A DNA stretch of 60,093 nucleotides from Acidobacteriota bacterium (GCA_039931435.1 JBDTRY010000003.1:1-60093); one strand, 5' to 3'; positions 29,769 to 40,033 are shown, counted from the stretch's first letter. Program-made: numbers and translations. Notes: generated by a model from the sequence alone, not told the origin.

Positions 29769-31133
29769 ATGAGAATGGTGCCAGCGTTCATGAAACGAAC
29801 GGTCATCTGCGTCCTGGCGGTAGTCTCCCTGGGCTTTTTGGTTTCCTCACCAGCCTCAGCCCAGGTATCACTCGGTACTGCGCAGGGCTTTGCCGTGCTT
29901 GGCGGATCGGCGGTGACCAACACGGGCGCGAGCGCCATCAATGGCGATGTCGGCGTGTTTCCCGGCACTTCCATCACTGGCTTCCCTCCTGGCATCATTG
30001 TCGGAGGAGCGCCACACTCGGCTGATGCAGTTGCGGGCCAGGCTCAAACCGATCTCACTACGGCCTACAACGCCGTCGCTGGCACGGCGTGCAATGTCGA
30101 CCTGACCGGACAAAATCTGGGTGGCCTCACTCTGACACCCGGTGTCTACTGCTTTTCAACGTCGGCATTTTTAACTGGAACCCTCACTCTCGATCTCCAG
30201 GGCAATCCAAACGCTCTATTCATCTTCAAGACTGGCAGTACACTCACGACCGCGAGCGGCTCGTCGGTTGTCCTGATCAACAGTGGCGGCACGACCTGTC
30301 CACCGAATCTTTACTGGCAGGTCGGCAGTTCAGCGACCCTCGGCACGGGCAGTACGTTTGCGGGAAACATCCTGGCGCTCGCCAGCATCACCATGAACAC
30401 GGGCGCAGGCTTGTCAGGGAGGGCCTTGGCGCGGAATGGGGCCGTAACCCTCGATACAAACACAATCACGCCGTGCGGGGTAGTGATCGTATGTCCGATC
30501 ATCACTGTGAATCCGGCGACTCTGCCCAACGGCACCGCGGGCACACCATACAATCAAGTGGTCACGGCTTCCGGCGGCACTGCGCCTTATGTCTTCTCGG
30601 TCACTGCCGGTGCCCTGCCGTCCGGGCTGCTCCTCAATGCCGCCACGGGCTCGATTACCGGCACTCCGCTCTCGCTTGGGACTTTCAATTTTACGCTTAC
30701 CGCCGCGGATGCGAACGGCTGCCTCGGCAGCCAAGCCTATGCGATCGTGATTGCGGCGCCCGGTTGCCCCGCCATTGCATTGAGCCCGGGGACGCTTCCC
30801 CCGGGCACTGCGGGAGTTGCCTATAGCCAGACGATCACTGCTTCCGGAGGAACCGCGCCTTATGCCTTCTCGGTCTCGGCGGGTTCGCTGCCGAGCGGGC
30901 TGACGGTCAATGCCAGTACCGGTACGATCGCCGGGACGCCGGCCACGCCGGGCATCTTCAACTTCACGATCCGAGCGACGGACCTGAACGGCTGCGCCGG
31001 CGAGCGGGCATACTCGGTCGCAATTGCAGTCATGCCTCCGATCAATGTTCCGACGGTCGATTTTTCCGGCCTGGCAATTCTCACGATGCTGCTCTTCATA
31101 GCAGGAATCTTCATGATGAAGACTTCCAGCTAA
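29769..31133 (+). CDS. DUF3494 ice-binding-like protein with two putative-Ig repeats and an IPTL-CTERM-like anchor
   Basis: FAVLGGSAVTNTG, LTPGVY, WQVGSSATLG, GRALA; two TLPxGTAG...LPSGL repeats; VPTVDFSGL plus TM tail. Confidence 0.88.
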   Translation: MRMVPAFMKRTVICVLAVVSLGFLVSSPASAQVSLGTAQGFAVLGGSAVTNTGASAINGDVGVFPGTSITGFPPGIIVGGAPHSADAVAGQAQTDLTTAYNAVAGTACNVDLTGQNLGGLTLTPGVYCFSTSAFLTGTLTLDLQGNPNALFIFKTGSTLTTASGSSVVLINSGGTTCPPNLYWQVGSSATLGTGSTFAGNILALASITMNTGAGLSGRALARNGAVTLDTNTITPCGVVIVCPIITVNPATLPNGTAGTPYNQVVTASGGTAPYVFSVTAGALPSGLLLNAATGSITGTPLSLGTFNFTLTAADANGCLGSQAYAIVIAAPGCPAIALSPGTLPPGTAGVAYSQTITASGGTAPYAFSVSAGSLPSGLTVNASTGTIAGTPATPGIFNFTIRATDLNGCAGERAYSVAIAVMPPINVPTVDFSGLAILTMLLFIAGIFMMKTSS

Positions 31134-31574
31134 GGACTTGCCCCAATCGGGCGCGCGTCAAGTCTCTAGTGTGCTGTGTCGTAAATATGGTGACAGCCTA
31201 GGCTACTGGGGATCTTGACTGGATCGGTGCTTTTGACGAGATGAACCCGAAATTGAAAAGACGGCATCTGAATGACACAGCACACTAGTCGTCGCTGACG
31301 GAATTGTAAGTTGGGGTTACATCTGGAACTCAACTTAACGAGAGACTGAAGGGCCGCCCGTCGTATCTGAAGGTCGACCAATTCGGAGCACTGGAACGGA
31401 GCGCGGCTCATCAGCATTCGGAGAATGCTTAGGGCCGGGCGGGGACCCTGTGCCGCCGAACCGGAAGGCAGTGTCGTAGGGACCGAATCCCGCGCTGAGT
31501 CAAGTTGATTTTCCAGATGTTACCCAGCTTACAAGCTCCAACTTATCGGTCTTGCCTCAGAAACGGATGCAATC

Positions 31575-31883
31575 TCACGGGTGCAGAGTAATGGCAATGA
31601 TCGTCAACACGGCGATCCTTCGCTTTCCTTCAACGCGATCCGGTCCGTAGAAAAAGAACACTCGGAACGCGCCCGGTGAGTGCTGCTGAGCGTACGCTTC
31701 AGAGATTTCCTCGCCACCGGGACCGGTCAGCGAATGAAATTGATGCGTCTGCAGGGGCGGGTGACGCAGATTCGTCTGGAGAAGGGCCAGTGTCTTGCGA
31801 ACCTGCTTGATTAAAGACGGCCGTATCTGGAGTTCCTTCAGGTTTCGTTCGGCTTCTCGAGTGAAGCGAAGCTCACGGTTCAT
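31575..31883 (-). CDS. Putative RelE/ParE-like toxin
   Basis: LRFTREAERNL...RHPPLQTH...EAY...AFRVFFFY; overlaps the upstream small gene. Confidence 0.65.
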   Translation of the reverse strand: MNRELRFTREAERNLKELQIRPSLIKQVRKTLALLQTNLRHPPLQTHQFHSLTGPGGEEISEAYAQQHSPGAFRVFFFYGPDRVEGKRRIAVLTIIAITLHP

Positions 31884-32175
31884 CTTCGTTTGCAAAGCGG
31901 GCAAACGATCGGACCTTTGTCTTTCCTTCCGAGGCATCCTTCAACCCGGCACGCACCGACTTCAAGGCGGCTGTGTTCCGGTAAAGCCATACTTCCGATG
32001 CGGGAAGTGAGACTTGGGGATCGAGCACAATCCTTCCTTGATCATCGCGATAGACGTTGAAGCTCGCATCCTCGAGATTCTCCAGGGCCTTGCCGAGCGT
32101 TACCCGCGTCCGGGAATCCGGCCTGACGTCACGAGCGATCAATTCCATTTTCTGAGTACCGGCGGCTTTTGCCAT
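31873..32175 (-). CDS. Putative antitoxin (AbrB-like N-terminus)
   Basis: DSRTRVTLG...GRIVLDP...EVWLYRN...GLKDASEGK; RBS GGAG. Confidence 0.65.
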   Translation of the reverse strand: MAKAAGTQKMELIARDVRPDSRTRVTLGKALENLEDASFNVYRDDQGRIVLDPQVSLPASEVWLYRNTAALKSVRAGLKDASEGKTKVRSFARFANEDEP

Positions 32176-32194
32176 CTTAGTTTTCTCCGGGGTA

Positions 32195-32211
32195 TTGCCC
32201 ATTATGGGTAA
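32195..32211. promoter_or_regulatory. Candidate TA operator palindrome
   Basis: TTGCCCAT-T-ATGGGTAA 20 bp upstream of the antitoxin start. Confidence 0.5.
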
Positions 32212-32260
32212 CACCCACGGCATGGTAGCTCTTCCATCATCCGATCCGTGATTTCGGTCG

Positions 32261-32303
32261 GCCCCTCACCCCGGCCCTCTCACCGCAAGCGGAGCGAGGG
32301 AGA
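32261..32303. repeat. REP-like palindromic element
   Basis: CCCCTCACCCCGGCCCTCTC...GAGGGAGA; related CCCCTCACCCGG near 45980. Confidence 0.45.
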
Positions 32304-32439
32304 TTTGTTGTACTCCGACCCTGCGGCTGGCGCTACAACATGGAACGCGCCCACCCACAACCGGGCGAGTTCACACTGACGCCGTCGGTTACGGCGCACG
32401 ACAAAACCCAACGACGAACGAATTCACGCTGCGCAGAAC

Positions 32440-34311
32440 CTACCGATAACCCGCGGCCTGCAACTCGAACAGCTCGGCATATCTTCCGTGCTGCGCCAGC
32501 AGTTCTTCGTGGGTTCCGGAAGCCTCCAGCTGCCCTTCGGCGAGAACGAGGATTCGATCGGCCATGCGCACGCTGGAGAAGCGATGGGAGATCAGCACTG
32601 CGGTCTTGCCTTCGCTCAATTCCTTGAAGCGTTGAAAGACTTCAAACTCGGAACGGGCGTCGAGCGCGGCGGTCGGTTCGTCCAGGATCAGCACCTGCGC
32701 GTCGCGCATGTACGCGCGGGCAATGGCAACTTTCTGCCATTCACCTCCCGAGAGATCCACTCCCGTGCGAAATCGTTTGCCGATGATCTGATCGTACCCC
32801 TGGGCCAATTTGCGGATGAGTTCATCGGCCATGCTGCGCTCGGCGGCGGCCCGGATGCGGGAACGGTCCTCCCGCGCTTCGATCCGTCCCACCGCGATGT
32901 TGTCGGCTGCGGTCATGTGGTAGCGGACGAAGTCCTGGAAGATCACTCCGATACTCGAACGGAGCGAATTGAGGTCGTATTCGCGCAGATCGTGTCCATC
33001 GAGAAGAATTCGTCCTTCATCTGGTTCGTAGAGTCGAGCCAGCAACTTCACCAGCGTGGTCTTTCCAGCGCCGTTCTCTCCGACCAGGGCCAGCACTTCG
33101 CCGGCATGAAGAGTGAAGCTCAGGTTCCTCACAGCCCAGCGCTCGGCCTGGGGGTAGCGGAATCCGACGTTCTCGAAGACGAAGCCGGAGGCAATCCTTT
33201 CGGGGAACGGCCGAGGATTCGCCGGAGAGGTGATCTCCGGAGTGATTTCGAAGAACGAAAACAGATCGTCAAGGTAGAGCGCCTGACCGGCGACCTGGGA
33301 GAAGCCGATGAGCAGCCCTTCCAGTAACGTGCGCAGCCGGCGGAATGACGCGGAGAGGAAGGTCAGATCGCCGATCGTGAAATCTCCGAGCAGCGTTCGC
33401 CAGGTGATTACGGCGTAGGCTGCGTAGTATCCGATTGTGCCGATGGCCGTGAGAATCGAGCCCCAGATAGCACGCCTCCGTGCCAGGTGCCGGTTGGCGT
33501 CGTAGAAGCCGGTGGCCAGAGTTCGATAGCGTTCGATGAGGAAATCGTTCAGACCGAAGATCTTCACTTCCTTGGCCGTCTCGACGCTCGCACCGGTCTG
33601 CCGGAGATAGTCCAGCTCGCGCCGCTGAGGAGTCCGTCCGAAGTCGAGCGAATAACTGCGGGCGTTGAAATGTGCCTCTCCGATGAAGGCCGGAACCAGA
33701 GCAACAATAAGGAGCACGATCAACCAGGGGGCATAGACCACGAGTCCGGCAGCGAAACTGAGAATGGTGATGACGTCCTGAGTCTGGCCGAAGAGCTGGG
33801 TCATGAGTGGCGAGCGGCCCATGGTCTGCCGGCGGGCGCGTTCGAGGCGGTCCTGGAGATCGCTGTCCTCGAAGTCTTCCAGGTCCAGCGTGGCCGCGTG
33901 TTCCATCAGCTCCACGCTGGTGGCATTGGTGAAGAGCTCTGAAAGGAGTGAGTCGATGAGCGACACGACACGCCCGAGGACGTCGGCCAGAACTGCCAGC
34001 CCGAGCTCGATGAGCAGCAGGGCGAGCAGCCGTCGCAGCATTCCGCTGTCCAGCCAGGAGCTCAGATCGTGCGGTCCACCGATGCGCGCCAGCCGGATCA
34101 CTTCATCGATGATCAGCTTCCCTACGTAGAGCGTGGCCACGGGCAGAAGCGCGCGCATGAGACGAAGGAGAACGTCGGCGACGGTGAGGGTCGGGCTCGT
34201 CTTCCAGATCAACTTCAGGAACGGGGGCACGTTGCGTAGCGCGCCGAACCGCTCGCTGAACGAGTGCCTGGGGCCCGGAGGCGTGGTCGGGGAGTTGTGC
34301 TTCTTCATCAC
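32440..34311 (-). CDS. ABC transporter, fused permease/ATP-binding protein
   Basis: N-terminal TM domain, GENGAGKTT, LSGGEWQK, LILDEPT. Confidence 0.95.
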   Translation of the reverse strand: MMKKHNSPTTPPGPRHSFSERFGALRNVPPFLKLIWKTSPTLTVADVLLRLMRALLPVATLYVGKLIIDEVIRLARIGGPHDLSSWLDSGMLRRLLALLLIELGLAVLADVLGRVVSLIDSLLSELFTNATSVELMEHAATLDLEDFEDSDLQDRLERARRQTMGRSPLMTQLFGQTQDVITILSFAAGLVVYAPWLIVLLIVALVPAFIGEAHFNARSYSLDFGRTPQRRELDYLRQTGASVETAKEVKIFGLNDFLIERYRTLATGFYDANRHLARRRAIWGSILTAIGTIGYYAAYAVITWRTLLGDFTIGDLTFLSASFRRLRTLLEGLLIGFSQVAGQALYLDDLFSFFEITPEITSPANPRPFPERIASGFVFENVGFRYPQAERWAVRNLSFTLHAGEVLALVGENGAGKTTLVKLLARLYEPDEGRILLDGHDLREYDLNSLRSSIGVIFQDFVRYHMTAADNIAVGRIEAREDRSRIRAAAERSMADELIRKLAQGYDQIIGKRFRTGVDLSGGEWQKVAIARAYMRDAQVLILDEPTAALDARSEFEVFQRFKELSEGKTAVLISHRFSSVRMADRILVLAEGQLEASGTHEELLAQHGRYAELFELQAAGYR

Positions 34312-34455
34312 GGGCGGCGGCTGTTCAGCGCGCAGTGCGACTATAGGGTATTGCCCGTTCCTGCCAACTCTCGAAAGGAATCCCTGGGCCGTTCACGGTG
34401 GCAGCAGAAGTTCGAATCCCGATGGGGGAAGCCGGTTCGTGCATCCTTCCTTCCA

Positions 34456-34989
34456 TCACGGCTCTCCATCACCCGTCCGCAGCACCTTCTCCCAATAGCC
34501 CACGTCGATCCAGCGATCGAACTTGAATCCCACTTCGTGGAAATGGGCCACTTTGCGGAAGCCGAGCTTTTCGTGGAGTCTTGTGCTGACATCGTTCGGA
34601 AGAGCGATGCCGCCGATGGCCACATGAACTCCCCGGTCCCGAAGATCGGAGAGCAGCCTGGTGTAGAGGCGCGATCCGACTCCCCGGCCGCCTCGTTCGT
34701 GCTCCAGGTAGACCGTTACCTCGGCTGAGAACCGATAGCCCACCCGGCGTTTCCAGTTTGCTCCGTAGGCGTACCCCAGAACCTCCGGCCCTCGCACCGC
34801 GACCACCCAGGGGAATGAAGCATTCAAGACTTCCTCCACTCTGGCGGACATGTCAGTTTCGCTCACCGGAGCTTCCTCGAACGTGACGATCGTTTCCCTG
34901 ACGTAGTAGTTGTAGATACGCATCAGCGCCGCGGCATCGTCAACTGTTGCCGTTCGGATCGATACCTGCTCGTCTCTGTCACGATCCAT
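34456..34989 (-). CDS. GNAT acetyltransferase, phosphinothricin acetyltransferase family
   Basis: IYNYYV...TFEE, GRGVGSRLY, ALPN, LHEKLGF, VGFKFDRWIDV. Confidence 0.9.
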   Translation of the reverse strand: MDRDRDEQVSIRTATVDDAAALMRIYNYYVRETIVTFEEAPVSETDMSARVEEVLNASFPWVVAVRGPEVLGYAYGANWKRRVGYRFSAEVTVYLEHERGGRGVGSRLYTRLLSDLRDRGVHVAIGGIALPNDVSTRLHEKLGFRKVAHFHEVGFKFDRWIDVGYWEKVLRTGDGEP

Positions 34990-35782
34990 CGGCTTCGCTC
35001 AGGCCCACTCTGCACTCATGATTCTCTCTGTTGATTCGCGGCTCAGGCGACGCGTCGCGCGACTGATTCTCTGAGAGATACCGCCGCTTGAGCCGTTCGT
35101 AGATCGACGTCGACGCGTAACGGGCGTTCTTGTCCGTCCCGCTTCGTCTCCAGAGTTCGTTCCAGAGGTGGATGGCATAAACGTCCACGCCGCCGGGAAG
35201 GTCCGCGTCCGGTTCTACCAGGCGCTGCCAGCGCTGATGGGTGATCGGGCAGAAGGTGCGATAGGGATGGCGGAAGCGGCGCAGTCCGAATCGCTCGATC
35301 GCTTCCTGCATGAGGATCGGACCGGTCTCTCCCCAGAGCAACGTACCCGGGTCGCGCCACCGGCACTCGTCCCAGGCAAAGCGCATGATGGCGCTTCCCT
35401 GGGGCGTGCGCATCACGCAGTTCGCGGCTACTTCCGTCCCAGCATCCGACATCTCGGCAGGGAAGACGTAGTCGCCCCCGAAATCGAAGGGCCGCAGACA
35501 GACGACGTCGAGATCGGACCACCATCCACCTTTCTCGAGGAGCAGTTTGTAACGGAAGTAATTCGAAAATCCGGCGTAGGAATCGTGGTGGCGGTACTTG
35601 AAGATCGAGGACTCGGGGAGAATCCGGTTGGCGTCTTCCATGACCGTTCCCTCGGGAACGCCGGCAATGTCCCTGTAAGCGTAAAGGTGATAGGGGTGGC
35701 CGTTCGCCAGGTACGAAGTGATGGACAGACGCTCCATCGTCGACAGTTCGCTGCCAATCCATAAACCGCAAACGGGGTCCAT
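34979..35782 (-). CDS. DXD-motif glycosyltransferase (GT32-like)
   Basis: LWIG...ERLSITSY, FSNYFRYKLL...GGWWSDLD, WGETGP, IHLWNE. Confidence 0.82.
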   Translation of the reverse strand: MDPVCGLWIGSELSTMERLSITSYLANGHPYHLYAYRDIAGVPEGTVMEDANRILPESSIFKYRHHDSYAGFSNYFRYKLLLEKGGWWSDLDVVCLRPFDFGGDYVFPAEMSDAGTEVAANCVMRTPQGSAIMRFAWDECRWRDPGTLLWGETGPILMQEAIERFGLRRFRHPYRTFCPITHQRWQRLVEPDADLPGGVDVYAIHLWNELWRRSGTDKNARYASTSIYERLKRRYLSENQSRDASPEPRINRENHECRVGLSEADGS

Positions 35783-35889
35783 CTCCTCTTGTTATCCGAA
35801 CGGCGTGCCAGATGCACCGCGGGGGGTGATGCACGGGTCGATTGTGCCAGTTGCCGGTCATCCCTTGCCGTTCGAATTTGTTTTGGTTG

Positions 35890-36000
35890 CCATCCGCGGC
35901 ACGCCTCCAGGCGGGGTAAACGACTCCGGTCCCACGGCCGTGAGCGGAGACAAGAAAGGTTCCGGGCAGATCACCATCTCCGGCGCGCAGTCATTCGAGG
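35890..36000 (+). pseudogene. Isolated diverged fragment homologous to the TonB receptor plug region (about 49626-49740)
   Basis: GVNDSGPTAVSGDKKGSGQITISGAQSF versus GVNDSGPNAVSGDKNGSGQITISGAQSF; DNA similarity is also evident. Confidence 0.75.
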
Positions 36001-36321
36001 TCTTCGAGTCGGCGCTGACCAGTCTATGTTCCTTCGATCCCACGAAATTCCGCGATCCACTATCATGGATCGGTATTGATCGGTTGCGAGGGAAGGGGAG
36101 TCTGCTCCTCGCTCGCTCCGGGCCCTTTACCCCGACCTGCCTCGGAAGACCGTCACCGGCAGCGGCATCGGATCATGCCTGACCAGCCGGAACAGTTCAA
36201 TTCGATTCACGACGACTTTCTGAGCAGCATTCAGGGATTGCAACGGCGGCTCGTCACGAGCGTGTCATCCGCAAGCCGCGCTCGTCCGGGATGACGAGCG
36301 CGGCGGCCATGCCTCGAGCAC

Positions 36322-36660
36322 TTACTGAACGCGAAGGGTTGCCTTCATTGCCGGGTGGAACGTACAGCCGTACGGCACTTCACCCTTCCTGGTGATGACG
36401 GTCTTCCAGGATTTGTCGGGCTGAATGATGCTCGAGTCGAATCCGCCGATCTTCGAAGTGGCCGTGTGAGCGACCAGATCCTTGTTCACCCAGACCACTG
36501 TGTCGCCCGACTTCATGGTCAGTGTTGGCGGATCGTAGTGCAACCCGGTCATGGTCACCGTGTGCGTTCGGGTGCGGCTCTTCGCTTTTTTCGCTGCGGC
36601 CGAAACGCCAAGAGTGCCGGTGACCAGGATCAGGGCAAGGATGAGGATGCGAAAGCGCAC
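36322..36660 (-). CDS. Cupredoxin (amicyanin/plastocyanin-like)
   Basis: GDTVVWVNKD, HTAT, YGCTFHPAM. Confidence 0.88.
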   Translation of the reverse strand: MRFRILILALILVTGTLGVSAAAKKAKSRTRTHTVTMTGLHYDPPTLTMKSGDTVVWVNKDLVAHTATSKIGGFDSSIIQPDKSWKTVITRKGEVPYGCTFHPAMKATLRVQ

Positions 36661-36662
36661 GA

Positions 36663-37184
36663 TCAGTGGCCTTTCGCCAGTTCAGCCTGCAGATGCTTGG
36701 CGTGGTTGAGGTGATCGATGAAAGCCGGCCGGACCTTGATCAGCAGCGCCTTGAGGTCGGGGTTGCTGGCGTCAGGGACGAGCGTCTTATCCAGGGCGTC
36801 GATGACTGCCTGGTGATAATCAACTTCGTGGTCCACGTAAGCTTTGTCGAATGCCGCTCCCTTCAGAGTCTTGAGGTTGGCGACGTTCTTTTCGCCTCCA
36901 GCTTTCAGACTCTGCGCGGTGGCGTTGTCTTCAGGCGTGACCTTCAGCCGGGTGACGAGGTCGACCGCTGACTTGTTGACCGAGGTGTGATCGCTGACCA
37001 TCAGATTGGCAAACGACTTCACCTCGGCGTTATGTGTGGTGTTCGCCGCCAGCTTCCCGGCATCGATGTCTACCTGGTTGGCAGTGACTACGATGGCCGC
37101 GATCTGGGCGTCGTTGACGCCTGCGGCAACCCCGGCCATCGGGACGAGAAGTGAACCTGCGAGAAAAAATGCTGAGAACTTCAT
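36663..37184 (-). CDS. DUF4142 secreted protein
   Basis: NDAQIAAIVVTANQVDI, MVSDH, FDKAYVDHEVDYH; RBS AAGGAG. Confidence 0.88.
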   Translation of the reverse strand: MKFSAFFLAGSLLVPMAGVAAGVNDAQIAAIVVTANQVDIDAGKLAANTTHNAEVKSFANLMVSDHTSVNKSAVDLVTRLKVTPEDNATAQSLKAGGEKNVANLKTLKGAAFDKAYVDHEVDYHQAVIDALDKTLVPDASNPDLKALLIKVRPAFIDHLNHAKHLQAELAKGH

Positions 37185-37479
37185 CTGTAAGACTCCTTTT
37201 CAAATGAGTTGCGTGTCGAATGTTCGCCCTCGGAATGAGGACGGACCGGGAAACGTGTTTTCCTGAATCACTTCAACAATTGCGGATTTGACCCTTCCGG
37301 ATGAAGCGTTCCATACATGTACAGAGTGCAATATTTGAAAAACGTGACAACCACCATGGAGTGCGGCAGCTTGCTGCCGCCTGGCTACGGTCCAAGTGTT
37401 GATTGAATCGACGACACCGCCAGCGCGCCGCGTAAATTGAGTGCGCGGCCAGCGATTCTGCGTGCGAGGGTGAATGAGA

Positions 37480-37764
37480 TCAGGGATTAGGCGCGACGAC
37501 GCTTTCCGGTTCCGCGAACTCTACCGACGGCTGAGTGGCCAATCCGGGGCGTTCCGGGACCAGGTTCAGGCGGGCTCTGGCGAAAACATCGAAATCCTCC
37601 GGCGAGTCCCGGAGATCGAGGACGTGGAATCCGTTGGCGGCGACCCAGGCCACGTGAAATTTCGCCCCTTTCGGAACGTCGCCGACCCAATTCACCTCCC
37701 TCCGCACCTGCTGATATAGCTCGGATGTGACTTTTGGCGAGTGCATGAGCATCAATGTCGTCAG
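37480..37764 (-). CDS. Hypothetical protein, possibly degenerate
   Basis: GGAGGGAG RBS followed by CTG where a start is expected; VNWVGDVPKGAKFHVAW...FHVLDL looks coding. Confidence 0.5.
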   Translation of the reverse strand: MTTLMLMHSPKVTSELYQQVRREVNWVGDVPKGAKFHVAWVAANGFHVLDLRDSPEDFDVFARARLNLVPERPGLATQPSVEFAEPESVVAPNP

Positions 37765-38279
37765 TGGTGATCTCCCTCCAATGTCAGCAATACAAGGCTC
37801 GACCGCGGATGGATGTGCGGGGCACTTGAGTGCGGCAGCTCGCTGACGCCTTCGTAGCGACGTAATCTCTGGCGGGGGAACAGCGGGGGAACAGGGACGG
37901 AGCTTCGGTTCTCGGGTTCGCCACGGTTGACCGAGTCGCGTCACTCCCCAGAAATTCCTTCAGGTCAGCGGGCTGAGTTCCTGCAGACGGACAGGTTGAG
38001 GCGTTGGGGACGGACTTTCTGCTCTCTCGCTGCTCTAGCACGAATGAAGCGATTACCTCTCGGCCGCGCACGAATGGCCTGGCAGAGAAACGAAGCTCCG
38101 TCCCCAAGCTGCAAGCTCCCAAGCTGCAAGCTGCCCGTCGTTACCAAGCTGTCCGTCCGCATGCTGGCCATCGTTCCCGAGCTGTCCGAAAGCGGCGAGG
38201 ACTTCGTCGGCGGGCTGCTGGTCCCCGGCAGTCATAGTGCGCCGCTCATCATTTCACGCCGTCGGCTGTCCGGTGGGAA

Positions 38280-39917
38280 TCAGGCGTTCGCCGGCGTCCC
38301 GATGCCGTAAGCGCGCAAACGCCGGTACAGCGTGGCCGATCCAATCCGCAGATGTTGTGCTGTTTTCTTCAGATTCCCTTCGTTCATGTCGAGTACGGCC
38401 AGGATGTAGTCGCGTTCGACGTCTGCCAAAGTCCTCGTCAAGTCCATCGACCGGCGATGCACCGAGCGCATACGCACTTCCTCGGGAAGGTCTTGTGCAT
38501 CGACTCTGGCGTCGCTGGCCAGAACGACTGCGTGCTCGACGGCGTTCTGCAATTCACGCACATTGCCGGGCCACGGATAGCGGAGCATGAGATCTGCCGC
38601 AGCGGAGGTAAAGCCGCTCATCTCTCTCTGCAGCTTTCTCGACAATTGAGCGAGAACCCGCCGGGCGATCGGCAGGATGTCCTGGCGTCGTTCGCGCAGA
38701 GGGGGGATACGCAGCTCGATGACCCGCAAACGATAGTAGAGGTCGTCGCGGAATCTTCCCGATGCCACTTCTTCGGCCAGATCGCGATTCGTCGCCGCGA
38801 TGACGCGTGCGTCGACTTTTCTGGTGCGGCTTTCTCCGACGCGGCGGATCTCGTGCTCCTGCAACACACGCAGCAGCTTGACCTGCATTGATTGCGCTAG
38901 CTCGCCGATCTCGTCGAGAAAAATCGTCCCGTGATGGGCGGCCTCGAAAAGGCCGATCCGATCCTGAGTTGCCCCAGTAAATGAACCGCGGACGTGTCCG
39001 AACAGCTCGCTTTCCAGAAGGCTCTCCGTGACGGCACCGCAATTCAGAGGGATGAATGGCCGCGTTACGCGCTCCGACTCTTCATGGATGAGTCGTGCCA
39101 CGCGCTCTTTTCCCACCCCGCTTTCACCGGTTATGAGAATGCTCGAGTCCACCCGCGCCACACGTCGGGCCATGTCCAGCGTTCGTTTCATGGAGTCGCT
39201 CGCCGCCACAATGCCGGAGCTATCAACCACGTCTCCCGACCCGCTGTAGATCTGCCGAACGTGCCGGCGCAGGCTTCGTTCCGTATTCTTCAGCGTTTCC
39301 GTCACCATGGCCAGGTCGTCGTACATCGATTCGCGGTGAAATAGAGCGCTTTCGTCAGAGCCAAGCTCGATCCATTGCTCGCGCGATCTGGCCGTGACGT
39401 GACATGTTGCGTCGCCTTTTGCGCGGCAGCGCGATTCCCGCGCATAGGTGTCGCGGCCGCGTGTCCGGCTCATGTATCCGCCGACAAATCCGGTCAGCGT
39501 CCAGCACACCGGCTCATCGGACTGACCGATCTGCAGAAGATGCTGTTCCGCTTCGTAGCTGTCTTTCCAGACCGCGTGAAAAACATCACTGCCGGGCTCC
39601 TCGTCCGGAGGTCGTTCGGCGACGACGACATGTCCGAACAACATGTGCAGGTAACTGCCGGCCTCGCGCCACTCATCTTCCGAATCCCAGGGAAAATCGA
39701 GGCGGAGGCTTTCTGCCGCGCGCCAGCCATTGGCAAATCCGAAGCGACTGAGCAGGATGCGAGTGGCGGTCCATCCCAGTCCTTCGATCAGCTCCTTGCG
39801 CAGCAGGCCCATCGCGCTTGCGTCCATCAGGAGCACACGCAGCGGACCAAAGTGGATCGGCCCTCCGTGCGGTGGAAAGCTCAGAAGCTCGCTGAGATTG
39901 AGATCGGTTGATTTCAT
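38280..39917 (-). CDS. XylR/DmpR-type sigma54 enhancer-binding protein (XylR_N, V4R, AAA+, HTH)
   Basis: LRKELI...RFG, SYEAEQH...PVCW, ESRCRAKGD..C, GESGVGKE, ESELFGHVRGSFTGA, WPGNVREL, TLYRRL. Confidence 0.93.
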   Translation of the reverse strand: MKSTDLNLSELLSFPPHGGPIHFGPLRVLLMDASAMGLLRKELIEGLGWTATRILLSRFGFANGWRAAESLRLDFPWDSEDEWREAGSYLHMLFGHVVVAERPPDEEPGSDVFHAVWKDSYEAEQHLLQIGQSDEPVCWTLTGFVGGYMSRTRGRDTYARESRCRAKGDATCHVTARSREQWIELGSDESALFHRESMYDDLAMVTETLKNTERSLRRHVRQIYSGSGDVVDSSGIVAASDSMKRTLDMARRVARVDSSILITGESGVGKERVARLIHEESERVTRPFIPLNCGAVTESLLESELFGHVRGSFTGATQDRIGLFEAAHHGTIFLDEIGELAQSMQVKLLRVLQEHEIRRVGESRTRKVDARVIAATNRDLAEEVASGRFRDDLYYRLRVIELRIPPLRERRQDILPIARRVLAQLSRKLQREMSGFTSAAADLMLRYPWPGNVRELQNAVEHAVVLASDARVDAQDLPEEVRMRSVHRRSMDLTRTLADVERDYILAVLDMNEGNLKKTAQHLRIGSATLYRRLRAYGIGTPANA

Positions 39918-39950
39918 CGATCAAAATGATCGCTCTTCAATCATCATGAG
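39916..39950 (+). promoter_or_regulatory. Candidate upstream activator sequence, copy 1
   Basis: ATCGATCAAAATGATCGCTCTTCAATCATCATGAG; 30/35 identical to the reverse complement of 45836-45870. Confidence 0.7.
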
Positions 39951-40017
39951 TCCATTGAAACCCGGTACATTTTTGCCAAGTCGTTGAAAACAAGTCGTCT
40001 ATTGTACTGAGCGTGGG

Positions 40018-40033
40018 TGGGCCGGTCCTTGCT
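40018..40033 (+). promoter_or_regulatory. sigma54 -24/-12 promoter
   Basis: TGGGCCGGTCCTTGCT (GG-N10-GC), divergent from the activator gene. Confidence 0.75.

Noticed and set aside
31430-31500. SRP RNA-like CCGGAAGG motif
   Set aside because: The flanking CAGG and AGCAG elements of the SRP core are absent.
37285-37312. RpoE-like GGAAC...GTCAAA upstream of the DUF4142 gene
   Set aside because: Spacing is shorter than typical and there is no second instance.
38104-38150. CAAGCT(G/C) short repeats; also a 12-bp direct repeat near 37872
   Set aside because: Too short and irregular for CRISPR or iterons.
38980-39000. GSFTGA instead of GAFTGA in the sigma54 activator
   Set aside because: A common functional variant, not a sign of inactivity.
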